From positions 1-40,362 of IMG/VR virus record IMGVR_UViG_3300025896_000059: DNA of 40,362 nucleotides; one strand, written 5' to 3'. The notes beneath the pieces are model-generated. The model was not told the DNA's origin and did no database searches. It saw only the letters and a list, made by a program, of their open reading frames with translations. Shown piece after piece: positions 1 through 9,026 of this stretch. Source of the DNA: a virus (lineage: Duplodnaviria; Caudoviricetes). Made by a program: the position numbers and the translations under genes. The stretch's first letter is position 1; each line of letters opens with the position of its first letter.

Positions 1-260
1 TGCAAATTGCTTGGTTTGTTGTTGGTATGGTTACCGTCTATGTGGTCCATATCTAACTGGCTACGGTGCTGTGCCACAAAACCACAGACTTCACAGTGTG
101 GTTTCTTTGACTTGTAATGGCGGGAGCGGTACTCGTTGTACTTATTACGACACGACCAGCCGTACTGTTTCTTCTTCAACCTTGTTGGTCCACATACTGC
201 ACAAAGACCCCACCTTTTGTCAGAGTGTTTGAGTAGTATCTTGTGATGCGGATTATCCAC
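1..260 (-). CDS. HNH endonuclease, truncated by the window edge (not in ORF track)
   Basis: Manual translation from GTG 260: MDNPHHK...CAVCG...CEVCGF...LDMDHIDGNHTNNKPSNL; CxxC plus HNH motif. Confidence 0.85.
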   Translation of the reverse strand, partial: MDNPHHKILLKHSDKRWGLCAVCGPTRLKKKQYGWSCRNKYNEYRSRHYKSKKPHCEVCGFVAQHRSQLDMDHIDGNHTNNKPSNL

Positions 261-420
261 CAGTTGAATAGAACCCACTGCCATTGAACTTCACTGGTAT
301 GACTGAGTAAACCTGTGACATAACTTCACCGCAACATGATGGTGACCAGTCACTACCCATTGGTTTATCTATCTCTTGTTGCCCGCCACAGAGATTACAT
401 TTGTAATCATACTTTGCCAT
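253..420 (-). CDS. FmdB-like zinc-ribbon protein, 55 aa (not in ORF track)
   Basis: MAKYDYKCNLCG...SCCGEVMSQVYS..VKFNGSGFYSTGG; Y-x-Y-x-CxxC and GSGFYST motifs. Confidence 0.8.
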   Translation of the reverse strand: MAKYDYKCNLCGGQQEIDKPMGSDWSPSCCGEVMSQVYSVIPVKFNGSGFYSTGG

Positions 421-553
421 TTAGTAATCTCTTTAATGCGCCAAGTCTACGAAGGCGAGCACGCTGTTCTGTCTTAATGCCTAACTTGTAAGCAAAAAAA
501 AATGATGTGATGTTGCTCACAATAAAGCACACAACATAAGTTAATTTAATCAT
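407..553 (-). CDS. small putative membrane protein, 48 aa
   Basis: MIKLTYVVCFIVSNITSFFFAYKLGIKTEQRARLRR...; hydrophobic N-terminus, basic tail, overlaps both neighbours. Confidence 0.55.
   Translation of the reverse strand: MIKLTYVVCFIVSNITSFFFAYKLGIKTEQRARLRRLGALKRLLNGKV
506..521. promoter_or_regulatory. CRP/GlxR-type box TGTGA-tgttgc-TCACA
   Basis: Perfect TGTGA-N6-TCACA, but lies inside the small ORF 407-553. Confidence 0.5.
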
Positions 554-797
554 CTACTGGTGTTGGAACTTTCACTAATGCACCACATGCGAAACACTCT
601 GCATCTGTAAACCATAGGCTTATATCCTTATCTTCAAACATAACGCCCACTTTAAAAACTTGTGAGCCACACATGCAAACATGCACAGGTCCAAGACTAC
701 GCAAGTCAACCTTGCTATCCTTTGCTATACTGGTTCGGCTCGATGGCCTCACCAGTTTTCTACTTAACCTGTTCATCACGAACAGCAGTGTAACCAC
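546..797 (-). CDS. hypothetical zinc-binding protein
   Basis: CxCG...CxxCG motifs; start may be the downstream ATG (MNRLSRK). Confidence 0.7.
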   Translation of the reverse strand: MVTLLFVMNRLSRKLVRPSSRTSIAKDSKVDLRSLGPVHVCMCGSQVFKVGVMFEDKDISLWFTDAECFACGALVKVPTPVDD

Positions 798-884
798 AAT
801 AAATTACAAATGTGTAATTCTATTCGGCGTGTCTAATAATAGAGCAGAGATTGTGTAGTAGTCTCCTCTATTGAAGGAGAAACA

Positions 885-1724
885 ATGACACTTGAACAAG
901 TTACGGGTAAGAACTACATCTCACATTCCGCCATGTCAACATGGCTTGGATGTGGGTGGCAGTATTACCTCACCCGTGTACAAAATGTAGCAGAGTCACC
1001 TTCCTACTGGCTTGCTGGTGGTAAGGCTGTACATGAGTGCACAGAACTATACGATATGAAACCTGAGGGTTTTGATTCTACCGCTACATTCATTGAGCGA
1101 TGGGAACACAACTACAAAATGGTTGACAACGGTATGCCATGGCGTGCTGGTGGTCGTGCTACTAAGGCTAATCCTAACAAGGAAGATGCTGCATGGTGGT
1201 TGGCTAACGGTCCGAAGATGGTGGACTTTTGGATACAGTTCCGTGAAGATAGTGGCTGGAAGATTTGGGATACACCCGAAGGAATCCCTGCTATTGAAAC
1301 TGAAATGAATCAACAAGTCAATGGTGTAAACATTAAAGCGTTCCTTGACCGCGTAATGGTTGCACCTACTGGTGAGTTAGTGATTGTAGATATTAAGTCA
1401 GGAAGTGCAGAGCCTAAGTCTCAAACACAACTGGGTATCTATGCAATCCTTGTGGAGAAAACCTTTGGTATTCGCCCACAACTTGGAAGTTATTTCATGG
1501 CACGCACAGGAGAATTAACGATGCCTGTCAACCTTGACCGATATACTGAGGCACGCCTCGGCTCATGGGCTAAGGGCTTTGAGATAGCAGTAAGCAATAA
1601 AATCTTTATCCCAGCACCTGGATTTATGTGCGGTACATGTGCAGTAAATTCATCATGCTATGCAGTGGGTGGCAAAGACTCACACCTTTATCCAGAGATA
1701 CCTATAGGAGAACCAAATGACTGA
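885..1724 (+). CDS. Cas4/RecB-like PD-(D/E)XK exonuclease
   Basis: SHS..STWLGC, LDRV...IVDIKSG, QLGIY, C-terminal CxxC-x5-C; SD AAGGAG. Confidence 0.9.
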   Translation: MTLEQVTGKNYISHSAMSTWLGCGWQYYLTRVQNVAESPSYWLAGGKAVHECTELYDMKPEGFDSTATFIERWEHNYKMVDNGMPWRAGGRATKANPNKEDAAWWLANGPKMVDFWIQFREDSGWKIWDTPEGIPAIETEMNQQVNGVNIKAFLDRVMVAPTGELVIVDIKSGSAEPKSQTQLGIYAILVEKTFGIRPQLGSYFMARTGELTMPVNLDRYTEARLGSWAKGFEIAVSNKIFIPAPGFMCGTCAVNSSCYAVGGKDSHLYPEIPIGEPND

Positions 1725-2121
1725 ATCGCTATACCAAGTAAATGTAAAGACACCTAAGGGTACTTTACTTAACATCCGTGCAACCTCTGATGCTGAACTA
1801 GATGCAGCGTTAGATGGCTTGACACTACGCATTGCATCTATTGCTGATTTAGAATCAAGCATTGATGCTATCTGTGCAGTAAGCAACGCTGGTCTTAAGC
1901 CAGAAGTTGTTGACCACTCAGCAGTTGCAGCAGTAGCGCCTTCATATCCAGCACCAGTTGGTTACAAGCCAATGGTTGGAACACCTGATTGCACTTGCGG
2001 TGCTGGCCCTATGCGCCATGTACCAGCAGGTATTGCTAAAGCAACTGGTCGCCCATACAAGGGTTTCTATGCATGTCCGAAACCACAGGGGCAGGCTTGC
2101 CAGAACAAGGTACCTGCATAA
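1717..2121 (+). CDS. hypothetical protein with C-terminal zinc finger (possible ssDNA-binding or recombination partner)
   Basis: CTCG...YKGFYACP...AC; coupled to the exonuclease. Confidence 0.7.
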   Translation: MTESLYQVNVKTPKGTLLNIRATSDAELDAALDGLTLRIASIADLESSIDAICAVSNAGLKPEVVDHSAVAAVAPSYPAPVGYKPMVGTPDCTCGAGPMRHVPAGIAKATGRPYKGFYACPKPQGQACQNKVPA

Positions 2122-2124
2122 ACC

Positions 2125-2904
2125 ATGCGCCTACTCAGCCGTGCTATTAAGACAGAATCACGAGGGGGTGCAACACTTCCTGTTGTGTGGCACTCACTTG
2201 CTGCTCAACAAATAGCAATTCGTTACGGCGAGGTGAGCATGATTGCTGGACCGCCAGGGGCAGGCAAGTCAACGCTTGCTCTGTCTCTGGCGGTTCGTGC
2301 GAAAGTTCCAACTCTTTATATCTCTGCAGATACACACTCACATACGATGAGCCTTCGCTTACTTGCTTTACTTACGGGTAAACAACAAGCAGAAGTTGAA
2401 CCTCTTATGGAAATGGATAGAGATTGGGCAGCGCAAATGCTCAAGCCTGCTGACCATATCTACTGGGAGTTTGATTCCGCACCAACACTTAAAGACATTG
2501 AGGATGCAGTACTTGCTACTCGTGAACGCTTAGGTGAGGATGTTCGTTTGATTGTGCTTGACAATGCAGTAGATGTAACCATGGATTCGCAAGATGAGTG
2601 GGGTGGTTTGCGTACACTAATGAAGGAACTTAAGTGGTGGGCACGGGAGACTGGTGCTGCGGTTGTGGTTTGTCATCACACCTCTGAGGGGGTACTTGGT
2701 AATCCATGCCCACCACAAAAAGCATTACATGGCAAGGTTGCTCAGACACCATCACTCATCCTTACAGTTATCAATCAGATTTCTACAATGGGTGTGTGTG
2801 CTGTTAAGAATCGTTATGGACCTGCCGATGCCAACGGAAGCACACCCGTGTGGCTTTCGTATGACCCCGCAAGTATGCAAGTATTAGATGTAGGACAACC
2901 TTAG
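2125..2904 (+). CDS. DnaB/RecA-fold helicase-like ATPase
   Basis: Walker A GPPGAGKS, Walker B LIVLD, VKNRYG motif. Confidence 0.9.
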   Translation: MRLLSRAIKTESRGGATLPVVWHSLAAQQIAIRYGEVSMIAGPPGAGKSTLALSLAVRAKVPTLYISADTHSHTMSLRLLALLTGKQQAEVEPLMEMDRDWAAQMLKPADHIYWEFDSAPTLKDIEDAVLATRERLGEDVRLIVLDNAVDVTMDSQDEWGGLRTLMKELKWWARETGAAVVVCHHTSEGVLGNPCPPQKALHGKVAQTPSLILTVINQISTMGVCAVKNRYGPADANGSTPVWLSYDPASMQVLDVGQP

Positions 2905-2912
2905 GAGAAGCA

Positions 2913-3245
2913 ATGGGAGAAATGTTTATGCAACGATTGGATAGCCCGTGGGAGTTATCAGTTGTTGAAAATGCTGGTGAAGTACCAGCCACAGAAGTTA
3001 AAGATGAATTTGTTATTAAGACAGAGCGCTTTCTTACTGACATCAAGGCACAACTTATGTTGATGCCTCGCGCACTTACATACACCGCTGGTTGGAGGGC
3101 ACTTGTTTGGAAGAATAAAGAAACTGGTCAGTTCCAAGACCTCACGGAAGAAGAATACAAATCTTACATTGACGGAGGAATTGTTTCTTATACCCGAAAG
3201 ACTGGAAGCAGTGCTAACGAAGTTGAAGGTACCGCAGGAAGTTAA
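2913..3245 (+). CDS. hypothetical protein
   Basis: SD AGGAG; within the operon. Confidence 0.7.
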   Translation: MGEMFMQRLDSPWELSVVENAGEVPATEVKDEFVIKTERFLTDIKAQLMLMPRALTYTAGWRALVWKNKETGQFQDLTEEEYKSYIDGGIVSYTRKTGSSANEVEGTAGS

Positions 3246-3513
3246 AGAGATTATTATTGCTGAGTTACCTAATGTCATTGAACAAATTGACGAGGCATCG
3301 AAGCAGATATATGACCCCAATACTATTTGGTTAGAGTCTATTCAGTTTGCTGATTATGTTAACCAGTATGCAAAACATTTAAAAGAAAACCATGGCCCAG
3401 AATGTATAGAAGAAATAGCAGACCATTTGATTCTTCTTTCTGTTTCATTCAAAGAGATGGGCGAGAGTGCCCTTACAGTTATTGACGAGAGCGAGGATAT
3501 AAATGGCGCATAG
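3169..3513 (+). CDS. hypothetical acidic helical protein (start uncertain; ORF open from 3103)
   Basis: Fills the operon gap and overlaps the next gene. Confidence 0.6.
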   Translation: MTEELFLIPERLEAVLTKLKVPQEVKEIIIAELPNVIEQIDEASKQIYDPNTIWLESIQFADYVNQYAKHLKENHGPECIEEIADHLILLSVSFKEMGESALTVIDESEDINGA

Positions 3514-4234
3514 TTCCAAAGAAACATTATCTATTGGTTGGTGTGACAATGGTTTGACTGATGGTAAGTTCACCGAAGGTCTGATGTACACCACAATCAC
3601 AGCACCAACACGCAACCTTACGATTAACAACGCGGTGCGTGTACAAGGTAATCAGATTGGTCGCCAACGCCAAGCCTTGTTTGATATGTGGGCTGACAGT
3701 ATTAAGACAGACTGGTTGCTATGGGTTGACTCAGACATTGTGCTCACCCTTGACATACTAGAACTACTATGGAATACAGCAGATAAAATTGCTCGTCCAG
3801 TCGTAAGCGGTGTTTACTTTATCTCTAAGCAGATGGAGTCATCGTTGATGCAACCTATGCCTGCACTCTTTGATGAAACTGACAGTGAGTTTGAGATTAA
3901 ATATAAACATCCGTTACCTAAGAACCAAGTGATTAAGGTTGATAACGCAGGGCTGGGGCTTACGCTGATGCACAAGTCAGTGGTTCCTTTATTAAGACAG
4001 AAGTTCCCAGACCAGTCCATGTTTGCAGAGATTGAGAATGTGGGTGAGAAGTTTGTGGGTGAGGACATTGTGTTCTTCCGTAAACTTAAAGCAGCAGGTG
4101 TGCCAGTACATGCACATACTGGTGCAATAGCCAAGCACATGAAGCGCTTTGCTTATGATGAGAATTACTATGCACTTTACTGGCAAGCAGCACAAGCAGC
4201 GGAGGTACAAAATGCCAACACAGCAAGCAAGTAA
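3503..4234 (+). CDS. GT-A fold (family 2-like) glycosyltransferase
   Basis: WLLWVDSD (DxD), GLGLTLMH, GEDIVF, HTG..AKH motifs. Confidence 0.8.
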   Translation: MAHSSKETLSIGWCDNGLTDGKFTEGLMYTTITAPTRNLTINNAVRVQGNQIGRQRQALFDMWADSIKTDWLLWVDSDIVLTLDILELLWNTADKIARPVVSGVYFISKQMESSLMQPMPALFDETDSEFEIKYKHPLPKNQVIKVDNAGLGLTLMHKSVVPLLRQKFPDQSMFAEIENVGEKFVGEDIVFFRKLKAAGVPVHAHTGAIAKHMKRFAYDENYYALYWQAAQAAEVQNANTASK

Positions 4235-4577
4235 TAAGCGCAGAGGTGCAGCATTTGAGATTGACCTTGCCGATTGGCTGATGTCACAAGGCTACAACGC
4301 ACAACGATTGCCACGGGCAGGGCGCAATGATGTGGGTGATGTTGCATTACCTACGGAGAATGACCTCTATGTTATTGAAGCCAAGGCACCACGGCGTGAC
4401 GGCAAGATAGATTTATCTGGTTGGATTCGTGAGGCTTTAGTTGAGGCAGAGAACTACCGTGTGTCTAAGAGATTGAAGTTAGCACCAACACCACTGGTCA
4501 TTATCAAGGCATCTAACAGGGGAATTGAGGATGCGTATGTAGTGCAAAGGCTCAGTGATGCTCTTGCAAAACTCTAA
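4212..4577 (+). CDS. Hjc-type Holliday junction resolvase
   Basis: NKRRGAAFE...DVGD...VIEAK; SD GGAGG before ATG 4212. Confidence 0.85.
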   Translation: MPTQQASNKRRGAAFEIDLADWLMSQGYNAQRLPRAGRNDVGDVALPTENDLYVIEAKAPRRDGKIDLSGWIREALVEAENYRVSKRLKLAPTPLVIIKASNRGIEDAYVVQRLSDALAKL

Positions 4578-4935
4578 GCATGACTTAGTTAAAGTACTAG
4601 AACACTACGGATTTGATGTACCTCAAGGCAGGCGTGGCTGGGTAACAGTACGCTGTGCTTTCCATGGCGATAGAGTAAAGTCTGCTCGTCTTAATACAGA
4701 AAACGGTGGGTTCCGTTGCTTCGGCTGTGACATGGCAGGAGATGTGTATTCCCTAATCATGAAGAAAGAAGGAGTTACTTTTAATGAGGCTAAGCAAATC
4801 GCAGAGAGAATTACTGGAGAGAGCAACGGAGACTTACGCTCAAAACCTAGAGGAGATTCTTCCGTATCTGGGGAGCAGAGGTATCACTCACACGACCGCA
4901 ACTATGTTTCGCCTCGGCTTCGTAAAGACACCTGA
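4555..4935 (+). CDS. DNA primase zinc-binding (CHC2) subunit
   Basis: CAFHGD...SA...FRCFGC...GDV. Confidence 0.9.
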   Translation: MMLLQNSKHDLVKVLEHYGFDVPQGRRGWVTVRCAFHGDRVKSARLNTENGGFRCFGCDMAGDVYSLIMKKEGVTFNEAKQIAERITGESNGDLRSKPRGDSSVSGEQRYHSHDRNYVSPRLRKDT

Positions 4936-5416
4936 GGTTGGACATGAACCATACATCGGTAAGTTATCTATCCCATACCTAACACCATCGGGCACCATTG
5001 ACATACGCTTTCGTGCCTTAAGTCCTGATTCACCTGGCCCGAAGTACATGTCAAGACCAGGGGCTACGACTCACATCTTTAATATCAACGCATTAAATAA
5101 AGATGATGACACCTTAGTTGTATGTGAAGGTGAACTTGACACAGTGATAGCAACACAAGCGGGCTTTGCTGCTGTCGGATTACCTGGTGCTAACAACTGG
5201 AAACCTTTTTACTCACGGGTGCTGGCTGATTGGAGCAAGGTAATCTTGCTATGTGATGGTGACAATGCAGGCAGAGAGATGGCTAAGAACTTAAGTCGTG
5301 AACTAGACAATGTGTTTCCTGTGTTCATGCCTGAGGGACAAGATGTTAATGATGTGTACCTAGCAGAAGGCGCTGATGGTTTGAGAAGGCGAGTCGGTGT
5401 ACTGATAAATGGCTAA
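4784..5416 (+). CDS. DNA primase catalytic TOPRIM subunit
   Basis: YLGSRG, PKY, VCEGELD, CDGDNAG, DVND. Confidence 0.9.
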   Translation: MRLSKSQRELLERATETYAQNLEEILPYLGSRGITHTTATMFRLGFVKTPEVGHEPYIGKLSIPYLTPSGTIDIRFRALSPDSPGPKYMSRPGATTHIFNINALNKDDDTLVVCEGELDTVIATQAGFAAVGLPGANNWKPFYSRVLADWSKVILLCDGDNAGREMAKNLSRELDNVFPVFMPEGQDVNDVYLAEGADGLRRRVGVLING

Positions 5417-5795
5417 TCTCTCATCGTTCGACCTAGACTTTGGCTACGGCAGAGAAGGTGAACAGTTAGTAGAAGAACTACTGACCAAGGGTAAGACCAT
5501 TGAAGTAAAGCGTGACCGCAAGTGGCACGCAACTGGCAATCTCTATGTAGAAGTTGAGTGTTGGTACCAGCGTTCTAATTCATGGCAACCATCGGGTTTG
5601 TCTGTATCAGAGGCAGAGTACTGGGCATTTGTACTAGAGCACGGCGTTCTTATGGTTCCTAAATCTCATGTAGAGTATGCCTTAAGACAGAACGGTAGAG
5701 AGATTACTTGTGAGATTCCCCCGAACAGGAGCAAGGGTTATCTCATTACAGTTAACGATTTACTAGAGGCAATGAGGATACTTAAGGATGAGTGA
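5409..5795 (+). CDS. putative PD-(D/E)XK nuclease-fold protein
   Basis: FDLD..G..GE...IEVKRD...TGNLYVE...SGL. Confidence 0.65.
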   Translation: MANLSSFDLDFGYGREGEQLVEELLTKGKTIEVKRDRKWHATGNLYVEVECWYQRSNSWQPSGLSVSEAEYWAFVLEHGVLMVPKSHVEYALRQNGREITCEIPPNRSKGYLITVNDLLEAMRILKDE

Positions 5796-6441
5796 CGAGA
5801 AAGATTTACTATGGGAGCAGGTCTATAAAGTAGCACGCTTATCTGCTGCTAGATGTACCCGTATTCATAGGCACTTAGTCACAGCAGATGATGTGTTTCA
5901 ACACCTGAACCTATGGGCATTAGAACATTGGCATAAGATTGAGGAGTGGGAAGGGCAAGACTCACTCGTATTTAAACTCAAGCGTACCTTTAACAATGAG
6001 TCACAGAAGTTCGCGGCTAAAGAGCGTGCCTATAAAACCAAGTCAGTACCATCGGATGCTTTCTATTACACGCATGAAATCTTGCAAGAGTTATTGCGTG
6101 ATGTGTGGAACTATGAGCAGTGGACAGTATCATCATCACCTAAGGATGAGTTCATCTCTACCTCAAGCAAGCCTAACGAGGGCATGAATCGTGAGGCTAT
6201 GTTAAGTGATGTGTCTTTCGGTCTTAAGAAACTAAATGAACAGGACAACCTGCTTCTACATCGTAGGTTTGCAGATGGTGGCATAGATATAGATGCCCTT
6301 GCTGTTGAGTACAGCATTAGTGATGAGGCAGTACGCAAGCGTGTGTCTCGTGCATTAACTAAGTTACAAGAACGACTCGGTGGTGAGCAACCACAATGGA
6401 ACAACCGAAGATACCGCAGACCAGATAGGGAAGAACAATGA
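5788..6441 (+). CDS. sigma-factor-like regulator (sigma70 region-4 HTH)
   Basis: C-terminal LAVEYSISDEAVRKRVSRALTKL; ADDVFQ region-2-like segment. Confidence 0.75.
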   Translation: MSDEKDLLWEQVYKVARLSAARCTRIHRHLVTADDVFQHLNLWALEHWHKIEEWEGQDSLVFKLKRTFNNESQKFAAKERAYKTKSVPSDAFYYTHEILQELLRDVWNYEQWTVSSSPKDEFISTSSKPNEGMNREAMLSDVSFGLKKLNEQDNLLLHRRFADGGIDIDALAVEYSISDEAVRKRVSRALTKLQERLGGEQPQWNNRRYRRPDREEQ

Positions 6442-6563
6442 TGATGACACATGAGTGGAACTGGAACATGTTCTGCATTGGCTTTGTTAAGTATAAGAAT
6501 CTTAAATGCTTTGAGATTTATATTGGCACACTTGCTATTGGTATTTGGTGGGGGCTTAAATGA
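6438..6563 (+). CDS. small hypothetical protein, 41 aa (not in ORF track)
   Basis: ATGA overlaps at both ends; MMMTHEWNWNMFCIGF... Confidence 0.55.
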   Translation: MMMTHEWNWNMFCIGFVKYKNLKCFEIYIGTLAIGIWWGLK

Positions 6564-7099
6564 TTATCGGATTGAGTGGCTATGCCCGCAGTGGTAAGGA
6601 CAGCACGGCTGAATTGTTATGTCTTAATTACGGATACCGTAGAGTATCTTTTGCTGACCCGATTCGTCATGCGTTGATGGTACTTAACCCTAGATTAGAT
6701 AGCATCACTCGTGTTGCTGAATATGTAGATGACTATGGCTGGGACATGGCTAAACAAAACCCTGAGGTACGCAGGTTAATGCAAGTGTTAGGTACTGAGG
6801 TAGGTCGCACCATGTTGGGTGATGATGTATGGATTAAGATGGCGCTTCGTGACTTAAGTCCTAACGATAGAGTTGTTATCTCTGATGTTCGTTATCCTAA
6901 TGAAGCAGATGCAATCAAGAAATTAAGTGGTTCGTTGTGGCGTATCAACAGACACAATCACAGTGCAGTTAATAGTCATAAGTCTGAGCATGCTATGGAT
7001 AACTACATGTTTAATCATGTTATCTATAATGATGGAACTCTTGATGACTTAAGTGATGAAGTGTTCATGCTTGCTAAGGAACTTGACTTAGATAAATAG
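6560..7099 (+). CDS. deoxynucleoside monophosphate kinase
   Basis: IIGLSGYARSGKD, FADPIR, RRLMQVLGTE, SDVRYPNE, HKSE. Confidence 0.92.
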   Translation: MIIGLSGYARSGKDSTAELLCLNYGYRRVSFADPIRHALMVLNPRLDSITRVAEYVDDYGWDMAKQNPEVRRLMQVLGTEVGRTMLGDDVWIKMALRDLSPNDRVVISDVRYPNEADAIKKLSGSLWRINRHNHSAVNSHKSEHAMDNYMFNHVIYNDGTLDDLSDEVFMLAKELDLDK

Positions 7100-7110
7100 T
7101 CTGGCTTAAT

Positions 7111-7160
7111 ACATAGAGAAACCCAGCGAGACAGGAGAGTATCACTGGGCTTTTCTATGT
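7111..7160. terminator. bidirectional terminator hairpin between convergent operons; loop contains GACAGGAGA / UCUCCUGUC
   Basis: 19-bp imperfect stem ACATAGAGAAACCCAGCGA / TCACTGGGCTTTTCTATGT. Confidence 0.75.
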
Positions 7161-7202
7161 ACACCAACCTCTATGCTTCCCCTTCACAGGGGCTGGTGTA
7201 CA
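7158..7202. other. second intergenic hairpin
   Basis: TGTACACCAACCTCT / AGGGGCTGGTGTACA stem with a 15-nt loop. Confidence 0.6.
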
Positions 7203-7214
7203 AGACAGACAGTA

Positions 7215-7556
7215 TCACCCAAGTTTAGGTTCTGTCAAAGCCCAACCTATTCTGTTGCGAATCTTGTGTCGCATAGGTGGTGTCGTCCCACCCCACACGC
7301 CGTACCTTTCATGGGCTAAGCCCCACTCAAGGCAAGCCATCATGACTGGGCACTCAATGCACATCTTCTCAAACATGCGCTCCTCGTCACGACTGAACAA
7401 CTCTTGTGCTGGGTAGAACACCTCGGTATCTATGCCCTTGCACACTGCCTTATCCCATAGCCGTTGGTTGTATCTTAAGACATAAGCAACTAGCCCTTTG
7501 CCGTGCCTATTCTTGGTACCTGTCTGACTGATTATTTTGTGGAACTGTGGCTTCAT
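7215..7556 (-). CDS. whiB: WhiB-family Fe-S transcription factor
   Basis: W..AVC...VFYP...CIECPV...CLEWG...YGVWGG. Confidence 0.93.
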   Translation of the reverse strand: MKPQFHKIISQTGTKNRHGKGLVAYVLRYNQRLWDKAVCKGIDTEVFYPAQELFSRDEERMFEKMCIECPVMMACLEWGLAHERYGVWGGTTPPMRHKIRNRIGWALTEPKLG

Positions 7557-7559
7557 GTC

Positions 7560-8003
7560 TTAATACCAACCCTTCGCTAAGTGATGCGCGTATGCCTTGC
7601 AGATTGCACCCTTGCCATAGTGCCTGTCAATGTATGCAAGCCCTGCATCTACCTGTCGGTAGCCGTTACTCGTGGGTTTAATCTTAAGTATCTTCCATGT
7701 GCGAGGCATGAGTTGGGCTATGCCCAGCGCATGACTTGACTTGTTCACTGCCTTTGGTCGCCAGTTAGATTCCTCAGTCCACAATTCATAGAGACATGCG
7801 TACTGTTCAAGGTCATCTTGCTTCATCAACTTGTCAATAGCATAGCGTTGGTAGTCGTTCTGATAGTAGGCAATCACCTTGCCATGTGGTGGTGACACGA
7901 ACTGCTGACCAGTTGGTGTCTTAAGTACTAAGATAGTTCCTAAGATAGTTGCTGTAACAATCCACAGTCTAGCCGATGGATGTATCTGTCTTAAGTTGAG
8001 CAT
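7560..8003 (-). CDS. membrane-anchored SLT-type lytic transglycosylase
   Basis: N-terminal TM; EESNW, ALGIAQ, YIDRHYG, GWY; SD GAGGAG before ATG 8003. Confidence 0.85.
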   Translation of the reverse strand: MLNLRQIHPSARLWIVTATILGTILVLKTPTGQQFVSPPHGKVIAYYQNDYQRYAIDKLMKQDDLEQYACLYELWTEESNWRPKAVNKSSHALGIAQLMPRTWKILKIKPTSNGYRQVDAGLAYIDRHYGKGAICKAYAHHLAKGWY

Positions 8004-8163
8004 CTCGTTTCTCCTCTGCTTGTTGGTCAAGGTATGTATCTATTGCTCGGTTGGCTTGTTCTCTCTGTCTTAATTCACAAGGCGTGCATCTCTCACTCAT
8101 GTAGTTTAATGTCTTAGGATTCTGCACCATGACACCGCAACTTTTGCACTCCATAAGTATCAT
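7969..8163 (-). CDS. small zinc-finger protein
   Basis: CKSC...CTPC. Confidence 0.65.
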   Translation of the reverse strand: MILMECKSCGVMVQNPKTLNYMSERCTPCELRQREQANRAIDTYLDQQAEEKRDAQLKTDTSIG

Positions 8164-8423
8164 GGCGTTACCTTCTCAGTGTGTGGTTCTAATGAGTCAA
8201 GGAAATGTCCAACACTCATGTCTCCGTCTGCCTCTATCTTATCTGCCCATGCTGGGGCACCAATCCACCTGCCTTCAAGGTCAAGCCACTGAATATCAAA
8301 GCCGTCATGGTCATCCCAATGTAGGATAACACGCACCTCCTGTCCTTCAAAGGTGATGTTCATATCCTTATCGTATGCAGTTTCTGTCTTAAGTAATGCA
8401 CCTACCTGTATCTTTGGAATCAT
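8160..8423 (-). CDS. hypothetical protein
   Basis: GACAGGAGA SD; coupled to neighbours. Confidence 0.75.
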   Translation of the reverse strand: MIPKIQVGALLKTETAYDKDMNITFEGQEVRVILHWDDHDGFDIQWLDLEGRWIGAPAWADKIEADGDMSVGHFLDSLEPHTEKVTP

Positions 8424-8569
8424 TTGTTTTCTCCTGTCTTTAGTTTGGTTTCGTACTTAATCATTATCTCGTGCCAGTAATCGAACCACTCGTTCGTAGT
8501 GCTGGCGTTGCGTTGCTCACGCGCTCGCTTGATTAGCGTGCGTGTGGCTTGCATCTCTTGTGAGTTCAT
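8420..8569 (-). CDS. hypothetical protein, 49 aa (not in ORF track)
   Basis: MNSQEMQATRTLIKRAREQ...KLKTGENK; ATGA overlap with the 8423 gene. Confidence 0.65.
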   Translation of the reverse strand: MNSQEMQATRTLIKRAREQRNASTTNEWFDYWHEIMIKYETKLKTGENK

Positions 8570-8572
8570 GTC

Positions 8573-8734
8573 TTAAGCCACAGTCGTAAGTGCTGGTGCT
8601 GTTTGACATAGAACTACATGGCTGTGCTTGCATGTGCATTGAGGCGCACGATTAACTTTCCGTCTCGTGGTCACCTCCATTGAGGTGTCGCATGAGGTGC
8701 ATACATACCAGTAACTAACCCATTGTGCGCTCAT
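8573..8734 (-). CDS. small zinc-ribbon protein
   Basis: MSAQW..YVCTSC...CTC; ATG 8734 directly follows the upstream stop. Confidence 0.65.
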   Translation of the reverse strand: MSAQWVSYWYVCTSCDTSMEVTTRRKVNRAPQCTCKHSHVVLCQTAPALTTVA

Positions 8735-8735
8735 G

Positions 8736-9026
8736 TTAGTTACCTTCTGTCTTAAGTACTGACATGAGTGACTTGAGGTGGTCAAGCGCCTGTTGCTTAC
8801 GCTTGTAGTTAGTACCTAGCATTTCGTTAGCCTTCTTAAGTGTGCTCCCATGTCGGGTCATCTTCATTCCTGTCTTAAGTTCTAACTCAATCCAACTGAT
8901 GAGTGAGATTAGAATGTATAAGTTCACACCTGACCCGCTTGCGCTAGTCATGTGCCCGTCCTCGTTGAATGACATGTTGGTAGCGCCATTGGTTAGTGCT
9001 TCTAGTGTTTCTTCTGGTAGTGCCAT
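8736..9026 (-). CDS. hypothetical protein
   Basis: GACAGGAGA SD. Confidence 0.75.
   Translation of the reverse strand: MALPEETLEALTNGATNMSFNEDGHMTSASGSGVNLYILISLISWIELELKTGMKMTRHGSTLKKANEMLGTNYKRKQQALDHLKSLMSVLKTEGN

Noticed and set aside
11-232. 73-aa plus-strand ORF
   Set aside because: Antisense shadow of the HNH gene.
314-330. Additional CRP-like site TGTGA-cataact-TCACC
   Set aside because: Wrong spacer length, imperfect half-site, and inside a coding sequence.
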